DNA from: Mobula hypostoma
Lineage: Eukaryota
Assembly: GCF_963921235.1 (NCBI RefSeq)
Contig: NC_086097.1
Coordinates: forward strand, 119,662,001 to 119,726,000
DNA: 64,000 nucleotides
Direction: 5' to 3'
Below the pieces are notes generated by a model that had not been told where the DNA came from, searched no databases, and saw nothing but the letters and a program-made list of their open reading frames with translations. Positions 36,257 through 49,235 of the stretch are shown piece after piece (position 1 is the stretch's first letter; each line of letters opens with the position of its first letter). The translations under genes were made by a program, and so were the position numbers.

Positions 36257-37642
36257 ATATAAGAAATAGATATAAGTAGTTAAATAAGTCGCGCAAAAAG
36301 AGGGAAAATGTTTTTCCTAAGATGTTGAGACACCACTAGAATGAACAAAAGAAATTAAAAACATGAGAGGAATAAATGAAGTGAACCTAGCCACTAAAGA
36401 TCTAAGAATAAAATTGAACTCTGTCACATGCAACATTATAGGATATTTGCTTCTCTAATGAAGTGGTCCTGGATGAAGAATGGTGTGAAACTGAACAACG
36501 ATGGAGCATGGTGAATTGGCACTCGTTACGTATTGGTAACCCCACCTTATTGCTCCCTTGTGACGGACTGTGAAGTAATGCTAAGCATGCTGGCACAAAA
36601 CGAATATTGCAATTACTACTCTACTATGTCAGACACTAATTCCACCTTTGGAGCAGACTTACATTTTTGATGAAAGATCTCATTTTCAATCGATTTTACA
36701 TCACAGAAGATTTGAATTCATTGAACATTTTATTGTCACATGGTGAGCAAAGAAGTCTCGCTCAAGGGAAAACGTAAAATAGCTTCTTAAGTAATACTGT
36801 GGGTAGAAAAAAAGGCTCGTCAACTTGATTCACTGCTGAATGGTCAGATATTGCCAAACATGGCTCCAGTAACAGTGGGCATTAGTTGCTTTGCTAATGG
36901 CAAATTAAGAAAAAGTTACAGTTATAATATCAACAAGTTAGTTTAATGCTATAATCTGAAATGTCATGGTTTGTCACATCCCATTCATTCTTATTATCAT
37001 CAAGGATGACAACCAGCCCTGATATAATCATAAGTGTTAAAGATCATGCTGGAACAATACAAAGCACACTAAAAATAGGTAGCTACACACACACACATTA
37101 CTTGCATTTGAAACTGCATGCAGTGGCAGAGGTGAACAACCCCAACAACTAACAGAAACGTCGATAGACCATTTTGCATAGACCCAAACAGTTAAGCAAC
37201 TAACAAGAATATAACAGACTATTCAGAAATATTGCAATTATTTTCAGACAGTAGTACTGGGCGAACAGCTTCTTGTCAGACTGCACCTGAGCTCTCCAGA
37301 GCAGTTAATTAGCTTCAAGCAATTTGATCTTCTGTATTTGGGCGGGGGGTAGCATACTGCTGTTGGATTGGGAGAGGAAGCCATGCAGAGTTTTCTTTGG
37401 AAGCCGAGAATGATACAAAAATCTTATAGTTACTGCTGCTTTATTAGTTGTGCATCATAGTACAGGTCAGACAGGATCAGACTGCACCAACAACCAAGGC
37501 AGGTAAGGAGAAGCAACAAAGGAACTTTAGTATATGCTTCTCTTTTATACTGCATACTGGTCTGACCATTTTGGATAAGAAACCTATGAACAGGTATTGA
37601 ATAAATCACACTTGACCTTTGCGGACAAAACTCCAAAGTACA

Positions 37643-38179
37643 CATTCTGTGGTCACTTTATTAGATACACCTGTACAGCTGCTCATTATTGCAAATATCT
37701 AATCAATGATGTGGCAGCAACTCAGTGCATAAAAGCATGCAGACATGGTCAAGAGGCTCAGTTTTTCACACCAAACGTTAGAATGGGGAAGACACATGAT
37801 CTAAATCATTTTGACTGTCAAATGATTGCTGGTGCTAGATGAGGTGGTTTCAGTATCTCTGAAACTACTAATCTCCTGGGATTTTAATGCACCACAGTCT
37901 CTGGAGTTTACAGAAAATAGAGCAAAAAACAAAAATCGTCCAGTGTGTGGCAGTTCTGTGGGTGAAAACACCTTGTTAATGAAAGAGTTCAGAGAATGGC
38001 CAGATTGGTTCAGGGTATAAGGAAGGCAACAGTAATTCAAATAACCACATGTTACAACAGTGGTGTGCAGAAGAGCATCTCTAAATGGACAACACATTGA
38101 ACCTTGAAATGGACGGGCTACAGCAGCAGAAAATCACAGTGGGTTCCACTGCTGTACCTAAAAAAGTGGCCACTGAGTG
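37643..38179 (+). mobile_element. Tc1/mariner non-autonomous element
   Basis: TIRs CATTCTGTGGTCACTTTATTAG / CTAAAAAAGTGGCCACTGAGTG followed by TA, with a transposase N-terminal remnant. Confidence 0.85.
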
Positions 38180-39231
38180 TAAGTTACATTACTGTCAATG
38201 CATAAAGGTTAAGGAAAGCACCCAGACTCTGTACATATCATCAGAAAGTAAAGGTTAGTAAATTCTGCATTCATAAATAATCCTTTTAAAAAATACTTGT
38301 GGGTCAAGACGGAACTTTCTTGTCCCTTTCTTGTGTGCATGGATGTAGGCCTATTCTTGTGCATCAAAGCCTCTAGGACAATGTTTGGCTTACAGTTGAG
38401 TCTAGACGTATTCCAAGCATTCCATAGTTCAGAATAAACCAAATGGCAGGTCAATAGCTTGTGTAATATGTTTTAAACCCCTCACAAATGCTGGTCAACC
38501 TGCCTGGTTCGAGATTCCTCAGCAAGTGCTTTGGATATTAGTCATGACTAAGTATTATCAATAGACACTACTACCAAAACTTTGTCAATAGCCGGAGAAC
38601 TCACACAATACATTACTATACTCAACACCATCATCTGGTCCATTGGCTGCAAGTACTCCTTGGATAAATTGAACAAATGACAGGCATCCTTCATTGAACA
38701 ATAGGGATAATTTTGGGATGGACTCAGGGTCTTGCGTCAGGCAAACATTTACTCTTTGGTCTTATTTCACTTCTTCAGTTAGTTCTGTAAATATCAGTAA
38801 CCTCAAAAGAGAAATTGATTTGAGTGAGAAAGATGGAAATTTAGATTGTGTTTATAACTCTCTTTACCTCAAATGACATATCTGTAGAACACATTAGAGT
38901 AGAATAAATGACCAAAGTTCAAAGTAAGTTTATTAACAAAGTACATATATATCACCATATACAACTCTGAGATTCATTTTCATGTGGGCATACTCAATAA
39001 ATCCAATAACCATAATAGAATCCATGAAAGACCACACCAGTAGGGCAGACAACAAACTGCAAATACAAAAGGGAAGAAAGAAATATAACAAACAAGTAAA
39101 TAAACAATAAATATCGAAATCATGAGGTGAAGAACCCTTGAAAGCGAGTTCACAGGTTATGGGAATAGCTCAGTGATGGGACTAGTGAAGCTGAGTGAAG
39201 TTATTCTTTCTGGTTTAAGAGCCTGATGGTT

Positions 39232-42200
39232 TGAAGTTCAAAAGTTCAAAGTAAAATTTATTATCAGAGTACATACAGATCACCACATACAACCCTGAGA
39301 TTCTTTTTCTGTGGGCATACTTAGCAAATCTATAGAACAGTAACTGTAAACTGTAAGTGTCAGGAACTGTTAACTGTAAGCAAACTGCAAATGCAGATAT
39401 AAATAAATAGTGATAAATAACAAGCATGAAATAACAATATAACTTCCATCAATACAAAAGAGTCCTTGAATGATTGTAGTTATCCCTTTTTGTTCAAGAG
39501 CCTGATGGTTGAGGGGTAGTAACTGTTCTTGAACCTGGTGGTGCAAGTCCTGAGGCTCCTGTACCTTCTACTTGATGGCAGCAGCGAGAAAAGAGCATGG
39601 CCTGGGTGGTGAAGATCTTTGATGATGGATGCTGCTTTCCACGGCAACATTTCATATGGATGTGCTCAATGATTGGGAGGGTCCTACCCAGGGTGTACTG
39701 GGCCGAATCCAGTACTTTTTACAGGATTTTCCACTCAAAGGCATTGGTGATACCATACCAGACCACAAAGCAATCAGTCACCATACATCTACAGAAGTTT
39801 GCCAAGGTTTTCAATGACATGCCAAGCTTCTGCAGGCTCCAGAGGAAGTAAAGACGCTGGTGTGCTTATGATGGGTGCTTATTTATATGATGGGTCCAGG
39901 ACAGGTCTTCAGAGACAATGACACCCAGGAATTTAAATTTACTGACTCTCCTTACCTCTGATCTTCTAATGAGTACTGGCTCATGGAACTCTGATTTCCT
40001 TCTCCTGAAGTCTACAATCTGTTCCTTTGTCTTATTGACATTGAGTGTGAAACCACTCAGCCAAGTTTTCATTCTCCCTCTTGTATGCTGATACATCACC
40101 CCCTTCGGTACAGCCCACAACAGTGGTGTCATAAGCAAACGTGCATATGGTGTTGGAATTGTACTTAGCCACACAATCACAGGTGTGAAGCGAGTAGAGT
40201 AGGAGGCTAAGTACACATCCCTGTGGTGCTCCTATGCTGATGGACGTTGTGGAGGAGATGTTTTTGCCAATCTAAACTGACTGGGGTCTACAAGGATGCA
40301 AATCCAGGATCCAATTTCACAAAGGGGTATTGAGGCCCAGGTTTCGGAGTTTACTGACTAGTTTTGAGGGGATGATAGTGTTAAATGCTGAGCTGTAATT
40401 GATAAAGAGCATCCAGATGTATGCATCTATGGGGTCCAGGTGTCCCAGGTTTGTGTGAGGACCGGAAGAGATGACATCTGCTCTAAACCTGTTGCTTCAG
40501 TAGGTGAATTGGAGTGGATCCAAGTTACCACTCAGACAGGAACTGATATGTTTCAACATTAGCCTCTCAAAACACTTCATCACTGTGGATGTAAGTGCTG
40601 GGTGATAGTCATTGAGACACATTACCATGATTTTCTTGGGCACTGGTATGATTGAAGCCTGCTTGAAGCAGGGGGGTACAGCACACTGCCAGAGCGAGAG
40701 GTTGAAGATATCCATGAATACACCAACCAGTTGCTCAGCACAGGTCTTCAGTACTCAGCCAGGTACCAATGCTTTCCTTGGATTCACTCTCTTGAAACAT
40801 AGAAAATAGCTGCAGGAGTAGGCCATTCAGCCCTTCGAACCTGCACTGCCATTCAGTGTGATCATGGCTGATCATCCAACTCAGAACCCTGTACCTGCCT
40901 TCTCTCCATACCCCCTGATCCCTTTAGCCACAAGGGCCATATCTAACTCCCTCTTAAATACAGCCAATGAACCGGCCTCAACTGTTTCCTGTGGCAGAGA
41001 ATTCCACAGATTCACCACTCTCTGTGTGAAGAAGTTTTTCCTCATCTCGGTCCGAAAGGGCTTCCCCCTTATCCTCAAACTGTGACCTCTGGTTCTGGAC
41101 TTCCCCACCATCGGGAACAATCTTCCTGCATCTAGCCTGTCCAAGCCCTTTAGAATTTTATACTTTTTAATAAGATCCCCCTTCAATCTTCTAAATTCCA
41201 GAGAGTATAAGCCTAGTCAATCCAGTCTTTCATCATATGAAAGTCCTGCCATCCCAGAAATCAATCTGGTGAACCTTCTTTGTACTCCCTCTATGGAAAG
41301 GATGTCTTTCCTCAGATTAGGGGACCAAAACTGCACACAATACTCCAGGTGTGGTCTCACCAAGGCCTTGTACAACTGTAGTAATACCTCCCTGCTCCTG
41401 TACTCGAATCCTCTCGCTATGAATGCCAGCATACAATTCGCCTTTTTCACCACCTGCTGTACCTGCATGCCCACTTTCAATGACTAGTGTACAATGACAC
41501 CCAGGTCTCGTTGCACATCCCCTTTTCCTAATCGGCCACCATTCAGATAACAATCTGTCTTCCTGTTCTTGCCACCAAAGTGGATAATCACACATTTATC
41601 CACATTAAATTGCATCTGCCATGAATTTACCCACTCTCCTAACCTATCCAAGTCACCCTGCATACTCATAGCATCCTCCTCACAGCTAACACTGCCGCCC
41701 AGCTTCGAGTCATCCGCAAACTTGGAGATGCTGCATTTAATTCCCTTGTCTAAGTCATTAATATATATTGTAATCAACTGGGGTCCCAGCACTGAGCCTT
41801 GTGGTACCCGACTAGTCACTGCCTGCCATTCTGAAAAGTTCCCTTTTATTCCCAATCTTTGCTTCCTGTCTGCCAACCAATTCTCTATCCACATCAATAC
41901 CATACCCCCAATACTGTGTGCTTTAAGTTTGCACACTGATCTCCTGTGTGGGACCTTGTCAAAAGCCTTTTGAAAATCCAAGTATACCACATCCACTGGT
42001 TCTCCCCTATCCACTCTACTAGTTACATCCTCAAAAAATTCTATGAGATTCATCAGACATGATTTTCCTTTCACAAATCCACGCTGACTTTGTCCGATGA
42101 TTTCACTGCTTTCCAAATGTGCTGTTATCACATCTTTGATAACTGACTCTAGCATTTTCCCCACCACCGATGTCAGACTTAAAGGCGGCCTTTAAGGTGC

Positions 42201-43560
42201 CTGAAGGCAGCCTGTACATCATCTTCAGATACTGAGACCAAAGGATCATCGGGAGACATGGTGGTGTGTGATGGTTCCTCTCTGTTCTGGTGGTCAAAGC
42301 GAGCATAGAAGGCGTTGAATTCATCTGGAAGCGAAGCTCTGCTGTCCCCTGCGACACAAAATTACCTTTTAGAAGGTTATGGCATTCAAACCCTGCCTCA
42401 GCTGTCAAACATCCCTCATTGATTCCAGTCTTGTCTGGAATCTCCACCTCCCATGAGATGGCTTTCCGGAGGTCATACCTGCACCTCTTGTAGCATTCTT
42501 CATCTCCAGACTTCAATGCCTCTGATCCGGCTCTCAGCAGATTCCATAGTTCATTGTTCATCCAGGGCTTCTGATTGGGGAAAAGTCTGAATGATGTTAT
42601 GGGGACGCACTCATCCACAACTGTTTTAATGAAGTCCGTTACAGCCCTGGTGTAGTTATTCAGATCTTGAACACAGCCCAGTCCACTGTCTCTAAGCAAA
42701 CCCATAACCGTTCCTCTGCCTCCAGCAACCACCTCTTAGTTGTCTTGACGTCTGGAACCTTGCTTTTTAAGCCCTGTCTATATGCAGGTAGTAGGAGACA
42801 GTCAAATGATCCAATTTGCCAAAATGTGGCCTTGGGAAGAAACAATAGGCATTCCTGATCGTAGTGTAGCAGTGGTTTCATGTGTTGGGTCCTCTGGTGC
42901 AATAGCTTACATGCTGTTGATAATTGGGCAGGATTTTCTTCAAATGGGCCTGGTTAAAGTCACTGAGTATAGTTTGAAATGCATGGACTGTCATTGTTCA
43001 GATTTGCGAGTGCCTGCTTATAATCGGCCGCTGGTGGTATGTAAACAGTAGTCAGGATCGTGAATGAGAACTCCCAAGATAAATAGAATGGTCTACATTT
43101 AATCGTTAGTTGTTCTAAGTCAGGGGAACAAGAAGTTGACGTAACCCCAACATCCACGTGCACCAACAAGAATAGACTAAAATGCACACTCCACCAGCTC
43201 TTTCCTTACCAAAATTCAAGGTTCAATCCATTCTGAAAACCGTAAAACATTCTGGTCGGATAGTTGTGTCCGGTTTACTCACTATTAACCAAGTCTCAAT
43301 ATAACAGACAAATGCGATCTGCTTCATCTGCCTCTGATCACAGCAGCCTTGCCCTGAGATTGTCAATCTTATTTTCCCGTGACTGCGCATTCACCAACAA
43401 GATGGAAGGCAGAGGAGGCCTAATCCCTCTGCACTTCAGCCTGGTTTGAATTCCACCTCTCCTTCCGCAATTTCAGCTTTGGTACTGACCCTTAAAGGCA
43501 CCGTGCTCAACTGCTCTACATTTAATCATCAAACGCAAGACCTGAAGATCATTGATGTAA
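39232..43560 (-). mobile_element. Near full-length decayed Rex1/Babar LINE, interrupted by CR1
   Basis: Endonuclease start PPSILLVNAQSRENKID (~43400), VYIPP, FPNQKPWMN, DIFNLSL...[12 protein letters not shown]...VMKCFERL and LNVNKTKE. Tail AAGTTCAAAAGTTCAAAG. Confidence 0.88.
40796..42177 (-). mobile_element. CR1 LINE, 5'-truncated, young, nested in Rex1
   Basis: ORFs 41484..42167 (YLDFQKAFDKVPH, VPQGSVLGP, FADD), 41217..41480 and 40881..41186. Confidence 0.93.
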
Positions 43561-43689
43561 TTTTGTAGTCCTCTGTTAACAGGAAATTTACATGCTGCAG
43601 ATTGCAGTGGAAGTAGTTCAAAAGAAGTATATTTAGAGGAAAACTGGTACAAATTCCTGCAACCAACAGAGAGTGTCTGGTGTACACTG

Positions 43690-44395
43690 ACACCATCGTG
43701 ATAGCTGAGGGGTAATAACTGTTCCTGAACGTGGTGGTGAGTGCCCTGAGGCTCCTATTGCAAGCAATGCAAAGAGTGCGTGACCTGGTTAGCGGTCCCT
43801 GATGATGGATACTGCCTTCCTGAGACAAAGTTCTGTGTAGATGTGTTCAATGGTGGTGAGGGATTTACATGTGATGAACTGATCCATTACATTTTGTAGG
43901 ATTTTCCATTCAAGGGCATTGGTGTTTCCACACCGGGCAGTGATATAGCCAGTCAATATATTCTTCACCACACAGCTATAGAAGTTTGTCAAAGTTTTAG
44001 ATGTTATACCGAATCTTTGCAAGCTTCTAAGGAAGTAGAGGAGCGGCCGTGCTTTCTTTGTAATTACACTTATGTGCTAGGCCCAGGACAGGTCCTCTGA
44101 AATAGTAACACCGAGGACTTTAAAGTTGCTGATCCTCTTCACCTTTGATCTTCTGATGAAGATTGGCTCATGGACCTTTGGTTTCCTCCTCCTGAAGTCA
44201 CGAATCAGCTTCTTGGTCTTGCTGACATCGAGTGAGAGCTTGTTGTTCTGGCACTACTCAGCCAGATTTTCCTATATGCTGATTCATCACCTGCTTTGAT
44301 TTGGACTACAACACTGGTGTCATGAACAAATTGGTGTTGTTCTTAGCAGCACGGTCATAAGTGTAAAGCAAGTAGAGCGGGGGCTAAGTGCTCTT
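43690..44395 (-). mobile_element. Rex1/Babar 3' fragment
   Basis: RFGITSKTLTNFYSCVVKNILTGYITA...CLRKAVSIIRD. Confidence 0.8.
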
Positions 44396-44639
44396 GACCC
44401 TCGCCTCTAGTCCCAACACCCTGACCTTTTCAATCTGGCCCCATGCTTAAATCGTCCAGTTTTTGGGTCATTCCTTGCTCTTGGCCCCAGTACCCACCGC
44501 CTTAATTCTGCCTCACCTCGGTTCTGGAACATCAAATTGTGCAAGTCCACTCCAGCAGCAGCCAATCATTGGCTCATTCGCAGCTCTCATGCCCGGCCCA
44601 TACACACTATGCCATAACCATTGTTCACCTTACACACAC

Positions 44640-45646
44640 AAAACTGCCAGGTCATACAGGTCGTTCAACATCTCTACTCTGAAAGGGAAGTTACAGCCTA
44701 TTGATTGCAGTGATTATATCGAAGAAAATGTGTGATTAATACCGTAATTGTTTTGTTTGCTACCAGCAAGTTGTTGCTGTGTTTCACCAGTGCCATCTTA
44801 AACCAAAAGACCTCAGGGAGGCTTATATACAGATTGCGATAGTCAGCTTAGCTAACTATTGTGTGAAAGTAACCCAAGGTTCTCGACAGGTTTCTGCCAC
44901 CTGATGGGTAGGTCCTGATCAAGAAAGCACTAAGGAGCCCTTGGGTGCCCAATGGGAAAGACCCTACTGGGTGCTGCTGATTACTAATTCAGCAGTAAAG
45001 AACAGAAGGAAAAAGTAAGAGGATACATGGTGGCCACAGTGTGCGAGCTAATGCGGCACCAGGAAGTGAAAAAGGAGTCAGCAAACACTGAGATTAATGT
45101 GCTAGTAGTCTCTAACTCAGTGTCTACACCAGTGATATACAGCTAATAATCTACTGATCAGCTAGAAAAATCGCTAACCACCAGATTTAATCAAGTTTTA
45201 TGCATGACATTGGTTACGCATGTTTTTTTTAATCTCTGAATTTTCAGATGTACCAATTCTAAAATGGTGTATTTAGAATCTAAAGAGGGACTCTTGGAAA
45301 AGGGTGTAGATCAGGGGTTCCCAAACTTTTTATGCCATGGACCTTTACCAGTAACCAAAGGGAGATTGGGAGCCCTTGGTCTAGATGATTTTTATTATTT
45401 TTTTTCTTTGTAGATTTAGCTTTCTTTCTGCTGGTTTATATGAGACTGAACAACCAAGGACCCAGTCACTAACGACAATCACCCTTGTTCACACTGCAGT
45501 AGGAGATGTGGATCCTGGATTGGCCTCTACAGCCATCTGAGAACCCACCAATAAACAACTCTTAAAGAGAACTTCATACTCGACTCAAGTGGTCGCACGA
45601 CCACTATGTTTGTATAATCACTTACTTGGCTGCAAACTTTTAACAA
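44640..45646 (+). mobile_element. Endogenous retrovirus relic (integrase C-terminus, polypurine tract, putative 3' LTR)
   Basis: ~44930-45040 translates, with a frameshift, to EPLGAQWERPYWVLLITNSAVK...EGKSKRIHGGH, resembling the class I retroviral GPY/F region. Purine tract AAAGAGGG at ~45282, AATAAA at ~45550, terminus TTTTAACA. Confidence 0.6.
45312..45378. mobile_element. hAT/Charlie-like MITE (67 bp)
   Basis: TIRs CAGGGGTTCCCAA / TTGGGAGCCCTTG and TSD GTGTAGAT/GTCTAGAT. Same family as 21669-21748. Confidence 0.8.
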
Positions 45647-45667
45647 CCGATAGTACATTTGGTTTTA

Positions 45668-45918
45668 CACTCAGTGACCACTTTACTAGTTACCTCCTGT
45701 ATTTGATAAACTGGCCAATAAGTGTACGTATGCTCATGGTCAAAGTCAATTAGATCACATTTCTTCCCCATTCAGATGTTTGGTCCAAACAAGATCCGAA
45801 CCTCTTGACCACCTCTGCATGCCTTTATGCTTTGAGTTGCTGCCACATGATTGGTTGATTAGCTACTTGCATTAACAAGAGGTTGTGCAGGTGTACTTAA
45901 TAAAGTAGCCTCAGAGTG
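45668..45918 (-). mobile_element. Tc1/mariner MITE, internally deleted
   Basis: TA-CACTCAGTGACCACTTT at the left and TAATAAAGTAGCCTCAGAGTG at the right. The interior is the reverse complement of 37660-37810. Confidence 0.8.
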
Positions 45919-46934
45919 CATTTCAGCTTTGTAACAATTATATAAATTTCAATTATTTTCCCTCCTTTTAGCGATGCAAAGACACTTGTAAGACAATGGC
46001 ATTTTTATATTGCCCATCTGTTTTTTTTTTCTTCAACCTTGTGTATATCGATTTCTCTCCTTTTGAAAAATTACATTGCAGTAGAATAATGATATGGACA
46101 GTCTAGGACCTCATATCCCATATTGTCCCTGAAAAATAACCTTTATCATTATAATGCACAAAGAAGAAAACATGGAATTTGAAAATCCTTCAAAGTGAAG
46201 AATTAAAAACAGACCAATTATAAAAATGCACATTGAAAAAGAGTATGAGTGTCATTTAATCCAGCTCAAATAAATTAAGTATCCCATAAAATGTAGTGAG
46301 TTGTCCCCTATCTGAAAAATTATCTACTTAATTCTTCTCTGCTGCAGTGTTTGATTTGATTTAATAGAAAGTACTTGCATTTATATAGCTCCTTTAATGT
46401 GGAAACATGTCCCAAGAGAGTCTATAGTAAAACAATCAGACACAAAATGATGCCAGCATGCAGGGCAACATTTATCCTTCAGCTAAAGCCATTAAAACAT
46501 TTTAATTGGTCATTTGTCTTGCTACAGTGTGACCTTGGCATGTTCAAATTGACTGTGGTGTTTCCTACATTATAACAGTGAATGTACTTCAAATGTAATT
46601 CATTGGCTGAGATGACCTGAGACCCGAATAGCACTATAAAAATGCAAATTCTTCCTTTCTTTATTCAGTTTACCAGCAGCACATTGAAGTAAATTATTTG
46701 TATTATTTCAGGAATATGAACCTTGTCACAATTGAATGTGTAACATTATGTATTTGCTTCAGATTTTGCTAACACAACAGCTACATACTTTACATGGATG
46801 GTAACATGACAGCATGATAACAAGGCAGAGACATTTATTTCTGCTTCTGACAAAAATCACCTCTAAATATGTTGCTCAAATTCCTACTCCACACATGCCT
46901 GAGCTTCAGGGTTACTTAGTATTTTTCTGGTGAA

Positions 46935-47480
46935 GGGTATGGTAATGGGAACACCAATGTCCTTGTCAGAAAAGCCTACAAAAATTAATGGATACAGGCC
47001 AGTCCATCACGGGCAAAGCCCTCACCATCATTGAGCACACTTACACGAACGCTGTCTCAGGAAAACAGCATCCATCATTAATTAGCCCCACCATCCTGGC
47101 TATACCCTCTTCTTGATGCTGCCATGAAAGTGGTACAGGAGCCTCAGGATCCACACCACCAGGAACAGTTAGTATCCCTCAAACATCAGACTCTTGAACC
47201 AGACTGAATAACTTCATTCAACTTCACTCGCCCCATCACTGAACTGTTTCAACAACCTATGGACTCACTTTCAAGGATGTTTCATCTCAAGTTCCTGACA
47301 TTTATTGCTTATTTATTTTATTTTTTTTCTTTTTGTATTTGCATCGTCTGTCGTCTATTCTGTAGGGTGCAGTCTTTCAGCTTCTTGTATTCATTGTGAA
47401 TGCCCACAAGAAAATGAATCCCAGGTATGTATACGACGAAATATATGTACTTCGAAAATAAATTTATTTTGGACTTTGAG
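46935..47480 (+). mobile_element. Rex1/Babar 3' end, followed by a pLTR remnant at 47485-47565
   Basis: AQSITGKALTIIEH...CLRKTASII and tail AATAAATTTATTTTGGACTTTGA. Confidence 0.75.
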
Positions 47481-47694
47481 TTGTCTTGGCCCAAACCTTC
47501 GACTGTTTATTCTTCTCCATGGATGCTGCCTGGTCTGCTGAGTTCCCCAAGCTTTTTCTGCATGCTTCGCCCCCTCCTCGTTTTGTCATGTTATTTCCAC
47601 ATGCCTCATAACAGAGAAGGTGTCTTTTTGTCTTTTTCAGGTCTCACTCATAAGCCCATCAAACACACTTAGATTTTCTACCACACACCGACAC

Positions 47695-47990
47695 CATGCC
47701 AGACCTTACAAGCCTATATCAAATCTTCCTTTTGTGGGCAAGATACTTGAGAAAGTCATTTTTAACCAACTCAACAATCTACTGAATGAGAACAGTTTCA
47801 GAGCAAAGCATAGCATGGAGATGGCCCTTACCAAAATTGTCAGTGACTTCAGGTTCAGCATTGATGCCAACCAGGGTCTCAGTTCTAATCCTTGTAGATC
47901 CACATTAAGTACTGCCTTTGACACAATTGACCACAATATTCTCCGAGATCACCGTGAGAACTGGTAGTGTCCTTAATTGTTTTTTTTTGC
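47695..47990 (+). mobile_element. L2 LINE RT fragment
   Basis: YKPISNLPFVGKILEKVIFNQL...FRAKHSMEMALTKIVSD...LSTAFDTIDHNIL. Confidence 0.8.
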
Positions 47991-49073
47991 ACATGTATTG
48001 TACAGAGAAAATCTTAGAAACATAGAAAACCTACAGCACAATACAGGTCCTTCGGCCCTCAAAACCGTGCTGAACATGTCCTTACCTTAGAGCTACCCAG
48101 GCTAATCCATAGCCCCCTATTCTTCTAAGCTCCATGTACCTATCCAAGACACGCCTTACAGATAGCAACAGGAATTGAACCCCAGTCGCTGGTGCTGTAA
48201 TACCATAATGCTAACCGCTATACTACGTGCCACCCTCTACTGTGTTAATTTTGTCTTTGCTGTAGGAGGAGGGAGAAGTTGCTTACCCACCTACCAGCCT
48301 ACCCTTGGAGTGTGGCAGCATGACATGGACCTCTGAGTGAGCCTGTGAAGGGGCAGTATTCCACCTGTCTCTGACTGTGAACACGTGTGAGCTGCTGTCT
48401 GAGAAGTCTGATATACCTGCTGAAGGTAGTACCTGTGAGGTGTGGTTCGAAGAGTCATTGACACTGTTAAGTGTCAATATATTTCTTACATTGTTGCCAC
48501 ATTTTCTATCTGGTAGTATACTTTGTGGCAAGTTCTGCTGCCAGCTTCTACCAGTTTTCGCTGAGTTCACTGTGGGCCTGGGGTGGGTGACCTCTTAGAC
48601 ACAAGCATAAAGCTTCTCATTCTCCACAAGGATCTCAAAGTTGCTGCCTGCAAACAGGCTCCAGCGCTCTTACCTCTCTTCTGCTACTCTCTTTCATTGC
48701 AAGAAACTTAATTTGTAGCGGTAACAGGCCTAGTCAAATGGATGCTCCTCAGAAATCAGGCCTTAAAATCAATAATAGTCACTTTTTACCTATGATGATT
48801 CCCTTGCATAGAAGGACTGAAAATGCATCCATACACTTACTTGAGAACTAAATCCTCAATCATGATTCATCAGTTCAATTAGATGAACCACAGATTATTG
48901 GAATAAATCTCCAATTATCAAGTAAATGAACATAGTGACACATATCTCCAATGAGTATGTCTAATATGCTCCTAACAATGAAAATTTCTGTACTTGTTTT
49001 AACTTCTGGCTATTAATTCACTCCTGATCACTCATTTGTTGACCTTTGCCCTTATCAACACTTAAAATAATTG

Positions 49074-49235
49074 CAAACAACAGGAATTCTGCAGATGCTG
49101 GAAATTCAAGCAACACACATCAAAGTTGCTGGTGAACGCAGCAGGCCAAGCAGCATCTATAGGAAGAGGCGCAGTCGACGTTTCAGGCCGAGACCCTTCG
49201 TCAGGACTAACTGAAGGAAGAGTGAGTAAGGGATA
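49074..49235 (-). mobile_element. Solo 162-bp Penelope 3' terminus with intact hammerhead
   Basis: Near-identical to 9330-9453 plus the terminal ~40 bp of the element. 12-bp TSD TTAAAATAATTG (49062-49073 / 49236-49247). Confidence 0.93.
49173..49208 (-). ncRNA. Minimal type I hammerhead ribozyme
   Basis: Identical 36-mer to 9392-9427. Confidence 0.85.
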
